A DNA stretch of 64,000 nucleotides, from contig CAWIAD010000002.1 in NCBI GenBank assembly GCA_963833985.1, positions 4,672,001-4,736,000 on the forward strand, read 5' to 3'. This DNA is from an uncultured Planctomycetaceae bacterium (GTDB lineage Bacteria > Planctomycetota > Planctomycetia > Isosphaerales > Isosphaeraceae). The notes beneath the pieces are model-generated. The model saw only the letters and a list, made by a program, of their open reading frames with translations, did not search any database and had not been told where the DNA came from. The position numbers were made by a program, and so were the translations under genes. Below, one piece after another: positions 28,950 to 40,962 of this stretch; position 1 is the stretch's first letter, and each line of letters opens with the position of its first letter.

Positions 28950-29237
28950 GTGGAATCCACGCTCACGCCGAACAAGACGGCTTCGGCGATCTGGGGTCGG
29001 GTCGTGAATCCGGAACAGGCAAACCTCGCACCGGAAGCGGCCCGGGGCATCCTCAAGCTGGACTCCGACGCCAATGATCACCGTCGGATGGACGAGCTGT
29101 CCGCGAAGGCCCGGCAGGGCACCCTGACCGCGGAAGAGCGGGTGGAGATGGACGAGTACCTCCGGGTAGGGAGTGAGCTGGCGGTCCTTCAATCCAAGGC
29201 CCGGATGTCGCTCCAGAGGGCGAAGTCGCCCCGATGA
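28950..29237 (+). CDS. Small helical protein, antitoxin-like partner of an HNH gene
   Basis: RMDELSAKARQGTLTAEERVEMDEY pattern; its stop overlaps the HNH start (ATGA). Confidence 0.65.
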   Translation: MESTLTPNKTASAIWGRVVNPEQANLAPEAARGILKLDSDANDHRRMDELSAKARQGTLTAEERVEMDEYLRVGSELAVLQSKARMSLQRAKSPR

Positions 29238-29490
29238 CCGAAGACCTGAGAAGGCGTGTCCGACGCCGGGCCCGGAACCGATGCGAGTCCTGTCAGCACC
29301 CACAGGCAGCGATCCGCCCCGTCACGAGATCGAGCACATCCTAGCCGTCTGGCACGGCGGAGGCGACGATCCCTCGAACGCCGCCCTGGCCTGCATCTAC
29401 TGGAACGTACAATATCCAGATTCCCGTCTGGGACTGGCTGTTTCGCTGTGCCGATCAGTTGGTGCACGATCGACCCCGTTACCGGATTCC
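29234..29490 (+). pseudogene. HNH endonuclease remnant
   Basis: MTEDLRRRVRRRARNRCESC, frameshift, HEIEHI...HGGGDDPSNAALACIYWN; truncated. Confidence 0.7.
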
Positions 29491-29640
29491 TCCCTGGGCA
29501 AGCCCGACCGGATCAGCCCGAGGACTTCAGCTCGAACTTCGGGGGCAGGGACGGTTAGCGTTCGACCACTTCGATGAGGTCAGCGGGAAGAAATGGGGGC
29601 TGGGCGTGGGCAAGGGGGCGTTGATCTGATCGTAAGTCAT

Positions 29641-29714
<74 letters not shown>

Positions 29715-30013
29715 ATACGTCCAAAATGCAGGTCCATCCTATCGTGGCACCCCGGGGAAGACAAGACTCGGGGAATCGAGGTTCGCAATGGCTGCCGGAC
29801 GGACATGCTGGCCAGTGTCCTTTTGCCCTTCACGACTTCGGGCAAGCGGGCTAGGATCCGCGGGATATCGAAGGTCGCCGCTATTACGGCCGATGAACAA
29901 GATTGAGAAAGAAACCTCGGCGGGCCGCGCGTGCTGGCGGGAACGGCGCGGCGCTCAATCGTGGCTCCCGGGCAGGGAGTGTGCCTTGGCGGGTACAGGG
30001 AGGTCCCGGGTCG

Positions 30014-33000
30014 ATGCATCTCAATCGCCGCTGGATCGCGATCGTCCTGGCCGCTGGAACGCTGGCCACACCGGCTTCCAGGCCACAAGTCCACGCGGAT
30101 GAGCCCCGAGCGCCCGCGGGCAGCCTGCACGACGGTTTTGAAACGCCCCAGGTCTGCTGGGAACGCGAACACACCGATACGACGATCAACCTGCTCGCCC
30201 AGGAGCGGTCCGTACGCGCCGCTCACGACGGCAACCAGTCCGAGCACTTCCAGTTCGAAGCGGAGACCGGCAGCCAGTTCTTCGTGAGCTATGCGCTGCC
30301 GAAGATCCCGATCGTCCAGGCGCTCCGGGCGGTCGTGCATGCGCGGGCCAATCGGGTCGGGGTGCAGCTTTACGGGCGGGTCGTCTTGCCGGAAGACATC
30401 GATCCGGAGACGCGTGCCCCGTCGTTCGTGCTCATCCAGGGGACGATCTACGACCGCGTGGATCGCTGGCAGCCGCTGGAGCTGTCGGAGATGATCACGG
30501 CCGTCGAGCACCAGGCCCGTGTGCTCCGCGCGTCGACCCGCCGGCCGGTGAGCCTGAAGGGCGCGTACCTCGAGCGGCTGGTCGTGAACCTGATGGGCGG
30601 ACCGGGCGCTTCGGACGTGTTCCTGGACGATGTCTCTGTCTCGCCCGTTCCGCCCGACGTGCTGGCATCGTGGACCAGCGGCGGCGCCCGCACCGGCGGC
30701 AAGCCGGAGAAGGCGGCTGCCGGGTCAGCCAGCAAGAGCGGGGGCAAGGCCGACGATCCACTCTTGCGGCTGGACCGCAACAGGCTGCGGCGGATGGGCA
30801 ATGATCGCAGGTACCATGACTGGCTGCCCACGGCAATCGACGCGCCGGGTGCGGACGTCACGGAACTGCGGCGTCATGGATTCGATCTGCTGGTGGACGA
30901 CCGCAAGTCCGGCCCGGAGCGGATGCAGTCGGCGATCGACAAGGGTTTCCTGCTGCTGACCAAGCTTGCGCCGATCGCTCCGGCAGCCGACACCGAATCG
31001 TTGCTCCGGGAGATCGAGAGCTATCCCTACAAGGACTTCGTCGCCTTCTGGCAAATTGGCGAGGGGCTGGGCCGGAAGCGAGACCTGAAATCGCGCGAGC
31101 TCGAGCTGGCCGCCACGCGGAAGGTGATCACGGCGATGCGGCAGCTTCCCCCGGGGACTTCGCGAATCACGACCGGAGTCGTCGACGGCGAGATTCCGCT
31201 CTATTCCCGGGCGCCTGGAAATCTCGACACCATGGGCATCCAGCCCCTGCTCTGGGCCTCTTGCCAGTCGCTCCAGGAGAGCCTCGGTTTTCTCAAGGAG
31301 CGGCGGCTGCTGGCGGCGCGATCGAACCCTGACGAGCTGTTCTGGGCCTGGATTCCGGCCGCGGCGCCGGCGATCGTGCGGACCAATATCTGGGGGGAAG
31401 ACCCGCCGCCGGCGTGGGGCAACCCCCGGGTCGCGCCGGAGCAGCTCCGGTTGTTCACCTACATGGCGCTCTCGGCGGGTTACCGGGGTCTCGGCTTCCT
31501 GGGCGATGCCGATCTGACGCGGCCCGCGGGACGTGCGCTGCTGATCGAGCTGGCGTTTCTCAACGAAGAGATCGATCTCTGCGAGTCGCTGCTGGCGCGC
31601 AGCTCCGACCCGATCCCGGTTTACCACGTCTTCGACCCCGACCCGCCCGACCTGCCTCCGCCGGGGACGCCGCCGGGGACGCGGGTCCGGCCGCAGAAAG
31701 AGCTGATCGCCAAGCCCGGATTGCTGGCCTCGTCGATCAAGGCTGACCGCAAGGGCGTGCTTTTGCTACTGGCCGATTACGCCGGCAACGCGGAGTTCCA
31801 GCCGCCCCAGCTTGCCGCGCGGAACCTGGTGCTGAAAGCGAACATCCCGGAAAGCGCCCAGGCCTTCGAGATCAGCCCGGGTGAGATCAGGCTCCTGCCC
31901 CGGGAACGCGCCCCCGGGGGCACGCGCATCATCCTCGACGAGTTCAACATGACCACGATGATCCTCTGCACCACCGACCTGAGCCTGAGGGATCGGCTCG
32001 AGGCGAGCATCTTCCGGGTTCGCCCGGTGGCCGTGCAGATGGCCATCGAGCAGGCCGAGTTGATGCTCCAGCAGGCCACCGAGATCAACGGCCGCCTGAA
32101 CGCTGACGGGCAGACCCTGATCACCGACGTCGAGGTGAAGCGGCGCGCCGCCGCCGGCATCCTCACCCGGCCGACCGATGAGCGCGACCTGCTGGCCAAG
32201 GCCGATGCGTTCATCAAGTCCGCCCGGGACGCGCGCGACCGCGAGGACTTCGCACTGGCCTGGGCCGAGGCCCGCCGCGCCGGCCGGCCCCTGCGCACGC
32301 TCATGTTCGCTCACTGGATCAAGGCCTGGGGAGTTCTGGCCAACGCGGCCGGCACGTCGTTCAAGGACCCGGTGGAACTGCCGGCCAGCACGCCGCCGGA
32401 GCGCCGGCCCAGGCCAATTCCCGTGCTCATCAAGCCGGTCTGCTGTGCACCCGTGCTGTCGTTCAACACCCTGCCCGAGCTCTATTTCTGGATCGACTGG
32501 ATCAGCGGCAAGACCGGCTACAAGTTCGGGGCCAACCGCATTCCCAGCGGCAGCTTCGACGACCCGCAAGAAATGAACGAGGCTGGATGGATGAATGTGG
32601 GCTACGAGATCGACCGCATCAAGACGAGCATCAAGCCAGTGCCGCGAGAGGCAAAAGACACCTCCGGCGACCGCGCCCTCCGGCTCAGCGTGGAACCCAC
32701 GAAGAAGGAAGAGCTCGACGCCAACCTGCCTTATTTTGACTTCCCGGTTGCCGCAATCCGCACCCCGCCCATCAAGGTGGAGGCCAAGAACCTGATCCGG
32801 ATCTCGGTACAGGTGAAGCGGGCGATCGCCAGCGCCGGGGATGGGGGGGATCATCGTCCGGGATTCCCTGGGCGGCGAAGCACTCCAGTTCCGTACCTCG
32901 GACCCGATTCCGACGTACTCACGAGTGGTCATCTACCGCAAGGCCCCCGCGGACGGCACGTTCACCGTCACGCTCGGGCTTGCCGGCTATGGCGAAGCCT

Positions 33001-33446
33001 TCTTCGACGATCTGCGCGTGGAGCTGGTCGAGGCCGATGAGGCGCCCCGGGATACGAATATCGCCCGGGCACCCGCAACCCGCGGCAATCGCCGGCCGAC
33101 AGCCGCTTCGCCTTCCCCCCCACTCCCCTCCACGGCCACGATTCCCGAGGGTCCCCGCGTGCGCCGGCGCGTAAACGAGCCGTACCATGCGCGCTCTTCC
33201 GGGGGTTTCCAACGCGGGGAGGGCGGTCGCCGCCGCCTGGCAGAGGGTCCGATCATCCCGACTATGCGGGCTCTGGCCGCGATCAGGCGGCATGCTTTCG
33301 TGGGCGGCGTGTTAAACTGGAGAATGCAGGAACGCTGGCTTGGCGGCCGCATCTCGGCCCGGGAGTGTCCGGGGCCGTACAGGCCACGTGAAAACCGACC
33401 TGCCCCGGGGAACTTTTCGTCCATCGCCAGCATCCAAAGTCTGTAG
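30014..33446 (+). CDS. Large exported hypothetical protein; frameshift near 32840
   Basis: Signal peptide MHLNRRWIAIVLAAG; strong codon bias; coding continues in ORF 32841..33446 (GYGEAFFDDLRVE) after a G-run; 3' end uncertain. Confidence 0.75.
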
Positions 33447-33735
33447 GACCGCAAGGACCGAGCAAGATCAAGGTCAGCAGCCGTTCAGCCTTGCATCATC
33501 GCATCTCGCCTCGAGGTTGTGTTTCTTCCTCAAAGAATGAATTCAGCGAAGTTGCGGGATGTTTCTCGCTTGCGGCCATCCGTTTGTTTCTGATTGAATT
33601 TGTTGGGTCTGCTCGGGTGCCATCGTTTGTTCAGCCCGCGTGTCACATGCGGGCGAACAGGGATGTGGCGGCGTGACGATTGCCATCGGGACCATGCGCA
33701 TCCTCTGATCGCTCGTTCGACAGGAGTTTAACGGT

Positions 33736-36240
33736 ATGCCGAAGATCCAGGCCACCTGGGCAGTCGATATCGGCCAGGCCGCGCTCAAGGCATTGAAGCT
33801 CGTACCGGGTCCCAATCCGGACGAGGTTGTGGCCGAGGCCTTCGACTTCATCGAGTATCCCAAGATCCTGAGCCAGCCGGACGCCGATCCCGAGGAGCTC
33901 GTCCGCGAGGCGCTGGCCACCTTCACCGACCGTAACGATGTCGAGGGGTGCAAGGTGGCGATCGCGGTCCCCGGCCAGGCGGGGCTCGTGAAGTTCATCA
34001 AGCTTCCTCCGGTCGAGAAGAAGCGGATCCCCGACATCGTCAAGTTCGAGGCCAAGCAGCAGATCCCCTTCGCGCTCGACGAGGTCGTCTGGTCGTACCA
34101 GCAGATCGGCGGCGACGACGAGGCGAGCGACGAAGAGTTCACCATGGCGGAGGTGGGCCTGTTCGCGATGAAACGCGACCAGATCACCCGCGCCATCCTC
34201 CCCTTGACCGTGGCGGGCATCGAGGTCGACATCGTCCAGATGAGCCCGATCGCCCTGTACAACTACATCTGCTTCGACCAGCTCAAGGCGAGCGGCTCGA
34301 AAGACTCGGTCGTGGTGCTGGACATCGGGGCGGACAACACCGACCTGATCATTACCGACGGCACCCGGATCTGGCAGCGCAACGTGCCCATTGGCGGCAA
34401 CCACTTCACCCGTGCCCTGACCAAGGAGCTCAAGCTCACCTTCGCCAAGGCCGAGCACCTGAAGCGCAACGCCACCAAGGCACCCGATCCACGGGCCATC
34501 TTCACGGCCATGCGGGGCGTCTTCAACGACTTCACCAGCGAGGTGAACCGCTCGATCGGCTTCTACATGAGCATCAACCGGACCGCGAAGATCCGTAAGG
34601 TGCTCGGTCTGGGCAACGGGTTCAAGCTGCCCGGCCTTCAGAAGTTTCTCCAGCAGAACCTCAACCAGGAGATCGAGAAGGTTGACAGCTTCGCCAAGCT
34701 GGCCGGCGACGAGGTGAAGGCCGCCCCGCAGTTCCAGGACAACATGGCGTCATTCGCGGTGGCTTACGGGCTGGGCTTGCAGGGTCTGGGCAAGAGCGGA
34801 CTGGCCACCAACCTGCTGCCGCCGGAGATCGAGCGGATCCGGCTGGTCCGGGCCAAGAAGCCCTGGGCGCTGGCGGCCTCGGCCCTGGTGATGCTGGGCC
34901 TGAGCTCGCTCTTCCTGCTGGGACCCTACCGGCTTCTGGCCAAGGTCTCCACGCCCCAGTTCAAGACGGCCGTGGAGCGGGCGACGTCGGTGACCAAGAA
35001 GGGCAACGAAATCAAGACGCAGCTCGACGCGGCCAAGGGCGAGTGGCAGAACAAGTACGATGAGGGCACGGCGCTGATCATCGACCCGACGAACAAGGCG
35101 CTCTGGCCCGCCTTCCTGAAGACCGTGAGCGGTTACTTCCCCGATCCGGTCACCGAGTACAAGCTCAACCCGGACGAACCGGCGAACCAGGAAGTCCTCG
35201 AGAAGCTGCGCGTGCACATCGACCTGATCAAGCCGGTCTGGCGGACGGACGTGGCCGCCGGCTGGTTCGACCTGCTCGACCCGAAGTTCAAGCGGCTCAT
35301 GCATCCCTTCGACGCGGACACGGCGAACGCGCCCTCCGGCGAGGGCTGGATCGTCCAGATTGCCTGCCATCATTACAACCCGTATCCCTCGCGGGAACAG
35401 ATGGCCTTGCCGCTTACGGACCCGCGCCGCACCGAGTACGGGCCCTACCAGTTCATCACCGCGAAGGTGCTGCACAGGCTGAACTCCCCGTCCCTGCGGC
35501 TCTATGGCGTGAGCCACGTGGCCCTCGCCTGGATGTCGATCGACCGCGAGTGGACGAGCGAGAAAGGGAGCAGCAACAACAACCTCGCGAGCAGCACGGT
35601 GCCCGTTCTGGACCGCGCCCCGCCGCCGGCTTCGGACGCTTCCGGGGGTGCCTCCGGGGCGAGTGCCAGCGCCATGGGCAACAGCCAGATGGCCGGCTAC
35701 GCCTCGCGGATGCAGGGCGGTGCGGGCATGGGGGCCGGTTACGCCTCATCCGTCGGTGGCATGAGCCAGATGGCGCGCGGCATGATGGGCCCCCGCGGTG
35801 CCGGCATGATGGGTGGCTCGATGGGCGGCTCGCGGGCGGCCGCCGAGGCCAAGAAGGACCTCAAGACGCTGACGCGAACCGATTTCCTCATCCAGTTCCT
35901 GTGGAAGCCCACACCGCCGGAGGACCTGCCCGAGGATCCCGAGCAGCGCAAGGCCAAGCTGGAGGAACAGGCCGCCAAGGTGAAGGACTGGTTTGAGAAG
36001 ATGGGTCAGGCCGAGAAGGCCAAGAACAACGCGGCCGTGACGATTCCCAGCGCCGAGGAAATCGAGAAGGCCTCCAAGCAAAAGACAACGGAACTCGACG
36101 CCGCCATCTCCAAGGCGCTCAGCGCGATCGCCGCCCCTGGCGACGCGGCCGCCGGAGTGGGCGGGGCTCCGGCCGCACCCGGATTGCCCGGCGCGGTTGC
36201 CCCACCGGCCGCACCCGCGGCGGGCGCGACACCGAAGTAA
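33736..36240 (+). CDS. pilM: Type IV pilus assembly protein PilM with fused TM/PilN-like C-terminal region
   Basis: WAVDIGQAALKAL, VKFEAKQQIPF, VLDIGADNTDL, IGGNHFT, NLLPPE followed by a TM helix. Confidence 0.88.
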   Translation: MPKIQATWAVDIGQAALKALKLVPGPNPDEVVAEAFDFIEYPKILSQPDADPEELVREALATFTDRNDVEGCKVAIAVPGQAGLVKFIKLPPVEKKRIPDIVKFEAKQQIPFALDEVVWSYQQIGGDDEASDEEFTMAEVGLFAMKRDQITRAILPLTVAGIEVDIVQMSPIALYNYICFDQLKASGSKDSVVVLDIGADNTDLIITDGTRIWQRNVPIGGNHFTRALTKELKLTFAKAEHLKRNATKAPDPRAIFTAMRGVFNDFTSEVNRSIGFYMSINRTAKIRKVLGLGNGFKLPGLQKFLQQNLNQEIEKVDSFAKLAGDEVKAAPQFQDNMASFAVAYGLGLQGLGKSGLATNLLPPEIERIRLVRAKKPWALAASALVMLGLSSLFLLGPYRLLAKVSTPQFKTAVERATSVTKKGNEIKTQLDAAKGEWQNKYDEGTALIIDPTNKALWPAFLKTVSGYFPDPVTEYKLNPDEPANQEVLEKLRVHIDLIKPVWRTDVAAGWFDLLDPKFKRLMHPFDADTANAPSGEGWIVQIACHHYNPYPSREQMALPLTDPRRTEYGPYQFITAKVLHRLNSPSLRLYGVSHVALAWMSIDREWTSEKGSSNNNLASSTVPVLDRAPPPASDASGGASGASASAMGNSQMAGYASRMQGGAGMGAGYASSVGGMSQMARGMMGPRGAGMMGGSMGGSRAAAEAKKDLKTLTRTDFLIQFLWKPTPPEDLPEDPEQRKAKLEEQAAKVKDWFEKMGQAEKAKNNAAVTIPSAEEIEKASKQKTTELDAAISKALSAIAAPGDAAAGVGGAPAAPGLPGAVAPPAAPAAGATPK

Positions 36241-36418
36241 CCTGGCCGCTCAGCCAGCGCGCCGCGGCATGGGGACCGGCTCGCTCGGGCCCACCTGCCG
36301 CGGCGATCGGCTCGCCGCGGCTTGACCGGCTCGCTTGACTCTGCTCGCTCCCGGCGGACCTCGACACAGGAACTCTTGCCCAATCAGCGATCCACAGGAT
36401 CGAAGGTGGAAATCACCC

Positions 36419-38182
36419 ATGGATACGGCGCAGGTGATGGATCAGATCAAGGTCTTCATTCGCCTCTGCATCAAGTATCGCTTCTGGATCTCGCTCGGCG
36501 TCGCGGCCCTCTTCGCCATCATCGCCTACGCGGTGGGCGCAGGGCCGGTCCAGGCCAAGGCGGATCAGCAGACCGCCGCGATCACCAAGGCCGCCAACGA
36601 CGTGAAGCAGTTCTCCGCGCCGGGAGTTCCCAACGACCAGTACAAGCCGATCGTCGACGAGAAAACCGGGGTCATGGGCAAGGACGTCAACACAGCCTGG
36701 AAAACGCTCTACGACCGCCAGGCGCCCCTGCTGACCTGGCCCGGCCCCGTGCAAAAGCGGTTCCGCGAGTGGGGACGGAAGTGGCCCGAGAACGTTGCCG
36801 AGAACGCCGTGGAACTGGCCAAGGTGGACTACATCGAGGCCTATCCGAAGTACGTCGACGAGGTTTACCAGACCTGCCACCCTTTTGACTACGAGACCGG
36901 CACCGGCATCGTCGCGACACCGCCCAAGGAGGTGTTGCTCCGTCCTCTCGTATTCGAGCCCACCAAGCTGCCGGAGCTGGGGACGATCTGGGCCGGTCAG
37001 GAGCGGCTCTGGATCCAGCGCACCATGCTCGAAGTGGTCGCCGAGGTAAACAAGAAGGCCAAGGACTGGGATTCGGCGATCATCAAGCAGATCAACCTGC
37101 TGGAAGTCGGCAGCCCCGTCGCACAGGACCAGCGGTCCATCGCCAAGGGCGAGCAGCTCGCGGAGTCCGAGGCGATCAAGGCCCCCGGGGCCGAAGCTGC
37201 CGAGGAAGCGCAGGCCGCGGCGCCGGCCGCCGGAGGTATGGAAAGCATGCGCGGGCGGTTCGGGGGCGGCGGCGGACCCGGCGGCGCCGCGGCTGCCAGC
37301 GAGACGATCTATTTCGTCACGCCCGAGAAGGACAAGGGCCAGTACAAGATCCTCCCCGTCATGATGTCCGTGCTCATCGACCAGGATAACGTACAAGACC
37401 TCCTGGTCGCGCTCGAGAACTCGCCCATGTCCATCCAGGTCATGGACTTCGAGCTTTCCCGTCCGGCCGCGCGCGTGACCAAGCCGGAAAAGGGAACATC
37501 GGCCTCGGTCTCGGGCTACGCGGAGTCCATGATGGGCGGCATGATGAAGTACCGGATGGGTAACATGGGGATGGCGGGTTATGGCGGCAGCTACGGCTCG
37601 ATGATGTCCCAGATGGCCGGCCAGATGCGCGGACCGAGTGGCGCTGGCATGATGGGAGGCATGATGGGAGGTGCGGCTGCCGCTCCGGAAAAGAAGGGCG
37701 TCGACAAGCGGTCCACCAACCGCGGCGTGCAGCGCAAGGAAGAAACGAAGGCTGCCGAGTCCGCCAAGGGCCCATCGCTCTTCGATCCGTACTTCGACAT
37801 CGTGGAAGTCAAGATCTACGGCCAGGGCCGGTTCTACAACCCGCCGCCGGCAGACGCCGAGTACGAAAGCCTCGGCGACGCCGCGGCCAAGGAGGCCGGT
37901 GAACAGGGCGCGGCCAAGGACGAGTCGTCGGCCGCATCCGATGCGGCCAAGACCGCGCCGGCCGCGGCGAACCCGCCAGCGGCGGCCGAGCCCGCCAAGG
38001 ACGCGGCCAAGCCGGATGAGCCCGCCAAGGACGCCACGCAAACCAGTCCACCGGCCAAGGCGCCGGCGGAGGCCGGAGAGCCGAAGTCGCCGGCAGAAAA
38101 CAAGGAGCCGGCCAAGGCCGCCCCCGCGCCGCCCGAACCGGCCAAGCAGTCCCAGCCACAGCCGGCCGTTCCGAAGTCCTGA
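36419..38182 (+). CDS. Membrane-anchored pilus/T2SS assembly-associated protein (PilO position)
   Basis: N-terminal TM; co-oriented after pilM; Gly/Met-rich and Ala/Pro-rich segments. Confidence 0.7.
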   Translation: MDTAQVMDQIKVFIRLCIKYRFWISLGVAALFAIIAYAVGAGPVQAKADQQTAAITKAANDVKQFSAPGVPNDQYKPIVDEKTGVMGKDVNTAWKTLYDRQAPLLTWPGPVQKRFREWGRKWPENVAENAVELAKVDYIEAYPKYVDEVYQTCHPFDYETGTGIVATPPKEVLLRPLVFEPTKLPELGTIWAGQERLWIQRTMLEVVAEVNKKAKDWDSAIIKQINLLEVGSPVAQDQRSIAKGEQLAESEAIKAPGAEAAEEAQAAAPAAGGMESMRGRFGGGGGPGGAAAASETIYFVTPEKDKGQYKILPVMMSVLIDQDNVQDLLVALENSPMSIQVMDFELSRPAARVTKPEKGTSASVSGYAESMMGGMMKYRMGNMGMAGYGGSYGSMMSQMAGQMRGPSGAGMMGGMMGGAAAAPEKKGVDKRSTNRGVQRKEETKAAESAKGPSLFDPYFDIVEVKIYGQGRFYNPPPADAEYESLGDAAAKEAGEQGAAKDESSAASDAAKTAPAAANPPAAAEPAKDAAKPDEPAKDATQTSPPAKAPAEAGEPKSPAENKEPAKAAPAPPEPAKQSQPQPAVPKS

Positions 38183-38308
38183 GTTCGCCGCCCGGCCAGC
38201 GCCGCGGCGTCACCGGCCGGGCCGCATCGCACACGACAGCCGCGGCCAGAAACCCGCGCCGCCCCCGTTTCCGGACAGGTTGCAGAGTAAAGTACAGGAG
38301 ACGCCCGC

Positions 38309-40348
38309 ATGGCCCACCCCATGGTCGAGAAACTGAAAGATTTTGGCTTGCTCTACGGCGATAAGGTTGCCGTGGGGCTCACCTCGCTCCTCTTCGTGGT
38401 CTGTCTGGGAGCGGCGCTTTCCAAGAAGTCCATCGAGCTCACGCCGGACGAGGTCAAGAAGCGGGCCGAGGCCGCGGAGACCAATCTCAACCGGCGGCAG
38501 GACCGCGAGGAGATCGTCAAGGTCCTCGAGGATGGCGGCATCAAGCCCACCGATTTCTCGAAGGAGGTTCAGGATGCCGCCAAGACGGTGCTCGTCGCCG
38601 ATAACTACAAGCCCGAGCGCGAATGGGTGACTCCCGAGCCCGGTGCCGGCTTGATCCGCGACACTCCCGATCTGATCGCGCCGACGGATCTGTATGCCTA
38701 CCCCGGACGTGGCGGGGCGCTCGTCTTTGCTCTCGACGAGCAGGGCAACCGGATTCCCGATACGGAGAAGAAAGACACGCCCAAGGAAGAGCCGAAACCG
38801 CGCCGGCGGCGCCGGCGTGCGCAGGGCGGCATGGGCGGCATGGGCGGCATGATGGGCGGGCGAACCAAGAAGAAGGCCAGGCCCAAGAGTCAGGCCGAGA
38901 TCGACAAGGAACAGAAGGAAGAGCTCGAGGAAAAGAAGAAGGAACTCGCGGCCAAGCTGGTGAACACCGGCGATGAGGCGCCGGCCGCCAAGGAAGACGA
39001 GACCAAGAAGGATGCCGCGGCCGCGGGCGGCCAGAAGCAGGATTTCAAGGAAATCACCAAGGGACTACGCTGGGTCGCCATCACGGGCGTTCTCGATCAT
39101 GGCAAGATGGTCAGCAACTACCGAGCGGCCCTCAAGAACCCCGCGGCCGCCAACCCCCACTATGCACGGCTCGACCTGGAGCGGCAAACGCGCCAGAATG
39201 ACGGCTCATGGTCGAAGTGGGAAGCCGTCGACTCCGACGAGAACCTGAAGGTGCTCGACAACCTGCCCGAGGAAGACGATGAGCTGACCCCGGAGACGGT
39301 CCGACCGGATAACCTCAACGATCCTCTCCCATTCCTCAAGGCCGGACTCTGGGAGAAGGTTCACATCGCCAGCCTGGTGCCCGAGGAGAAGAAGAAGATC
39401 GAAGCACCTGCCGGCGGCATGGGCGGACCCGGTGGAATGGGCAGAGGAGGCATGATGAGCATGCCCGGCGGGGGCGGCATGGGAGGCGGCTACGGCGGGA
39501 TGGGGGGCGGCTACGGTCGAGCCATGGCCGGAGGCGGCATGGGCGAGCGCGGCATGGGCGGCATGGCTGGTGGTGCGGGCGGGCCTGCGGCAGGGGCGGA
39601 CGCCGGCAAGTTCTGGCGCTCCACCGAGAAACGCGTGATGATCCGGGCGCTCGATTTCACCGTCCGGCCCGATACCAGCTATCGCTATCGCCTGCGGATC
39701 GTGGTTTTCAACCCGAACCACAACCGTGACGACGTGGCTTATGGTGTGGACACCAAGTCCCCGGAGTTATTTGGTCCCTGGAGCGAGCCCACCGACGAGG
39801 TCGACATGCCCGCGGACGTCTCGGCCTATGCCATGGGAACACTTCCCTCGGCCAAGTCCGACGCCGTCGTGAACTTCCAGGTGGTGCGGTTCCATGATAC
39901 CGACGGCGTGACGATCCCCCGCAAGTTCGCCGCCAGCCCGGGCGAGGTGATCGGGGATGTCAGCAACGCGGATATCCCCACCTCCGAGGGTACGGGCAAG
40001 AAGCCCAAACCCGTGGATTTCAATACTCACCAGATTGTGCTCGACGCCTCAGGCGGAGCCCAGCCTCTGCCCGCCGGATTCCTGGGAGGCGCGCTCGATC
40101 GCCCGGCCCTGGCCCTGCTCTTGAGGCCCGACGGCAGCGTGCTGGCCCGGAGCGAGGCCGAGGACGTGAACAACGAGGTCCGCAGGGACATCGAGCGTAA
40201 TTACGCTCGCGAGATCAAGGATTCCAACAAGAAGCGCGAGAGCTCGGCGGGCTCCGGCTACGGCGGCATGATGGGCGGCGGCGGCTACGGCGGGATGGGG
40301 GGCGGCTATGGCGGCATGATGGGCGGAATGGGTGGCGGGAAACGCTGA
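38309..40348 (+). CDS. Membrane-anchored hypothetical protein of the pilM cluster
   Basis: N-terminal TM; DFTVRPDTSYRYRLRIVVFNPN and GPWSEPT (FnIII-like strand pattern); GGMGG repeats. Confidence 0.75.
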   Translation: MAHPMVEKLKDFGLLYGDKVAVGLTSLLFVVCLGAALSKKSIELTPDEVKKRAEAAETNLNRRQDREEIVKVLEDGGIKPTDFSKEVQDAAKTVLVADNYKPEREWVTPEPGAGLIRDTPDLIAPTDLYAYPGRGGALVFALDEQGNRIPDTEKKDTPKEEPKPRRRRRRAQGGMGGMGGMMGGRTKKKARPKSQAEIDKEQKEELEEKKKELAAKLVNTGDEAPAAKEDETKKDAAAAGGQKQDFKEITKGLRWVAITGVLDHGKMVSNYRAALKNPAAANPHYARLDLERQTRQNDGSWSKWEAVDSDENLKVLDNLPEEDDELTPETVRPDNLNDPLPFLKAGLWEKVHIASLVPEEKKKIEAPAGGMGGPGGMGRGGMMSMPGGGGMGGGYGGMGGGYGRAMAGGGMGERGMGGMAGGAGGPAAGADAGKFWRSTEKRVMIRALDFTVRPDTSYRYRLRIVVFNPNHNRDDVAYGVDTKSPELFGPWSEPTDEVDMPADVSAYAMGTLPSAKSDAVVNFQVVRFHDTDGVTIPRKFAASPGEVIGDVSNADIPTSEGTGKKPKPVDFNTHQIVLDASGGAQPLPAGFLGGALDRPALALLLRPDGSVLARSEAEDVNNEVRRDIERNYAREIKDSNKKRESSAGSGYGGMMGGGGYGGMGGGYGGMMGGMGGGKR

Positions 40349-40409
40349 GCGATCGGCTCGCACCCGAAGGGCCTGGCACTCCCGCTGCCAGGCCGCTTGA
40401 TCACGCTGC

Positions 40410-40436
40410 AAACCCCCACCTCGCGTGGGGGTTTTT
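40410..40436 (+). terminator. Rho-independent terminator
   Basis: AAACCCCCAC-ctcgc-GTGGGGGTTT stem ending in a T-run, downstream of the stop at 40348. Confidence 0.7.
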
Positions 40437-40962
40437 CATGCGCCAATGCTTCTGGCCCGTCAGCCCCGCACCATGGAAAGAGCGCTGACCGGAACGAGCC
40501 AGGTGGTCTGCGACAGAACTGTTCCCCCGCTCTCCGCGAAAACGAGGAACGAACCTCTCATTCCGCCCAGCCGATCGTTTTTTCCAGGGGAATTGCCCGG
40601 AATGCGGCTGGCGGATGCACCGGGAAACCGATCCGGAAGCTTTTTAGATAAACATAAGTGGACAGGGTCGCGTCATGCCCTTGCGTGCACCGGATTTGAA
40701 AATATTGCTCACCTCGCCTTGACCTGAACTGAATCTAAGGGTACATCCCCCGGCACCTAACTTCTCCCCGTTCACGGCGCGCCTTTCTCGAGCCGGCCTC
40801 TCTGATTTGAGCTGCCCAGGGTTCGGCTGGGTGGAGCGGCCCTATGTGGGGATCGAGTGCTAGGGGCATCAGCACCGGGTAACGTGTCCCGCCGTAAGGC
40901 ATTACCAAGGCAACCACCAAGGATTTCGGTGGTTGTCCTTGCGGCGGCGAAAGGAGGTCGCG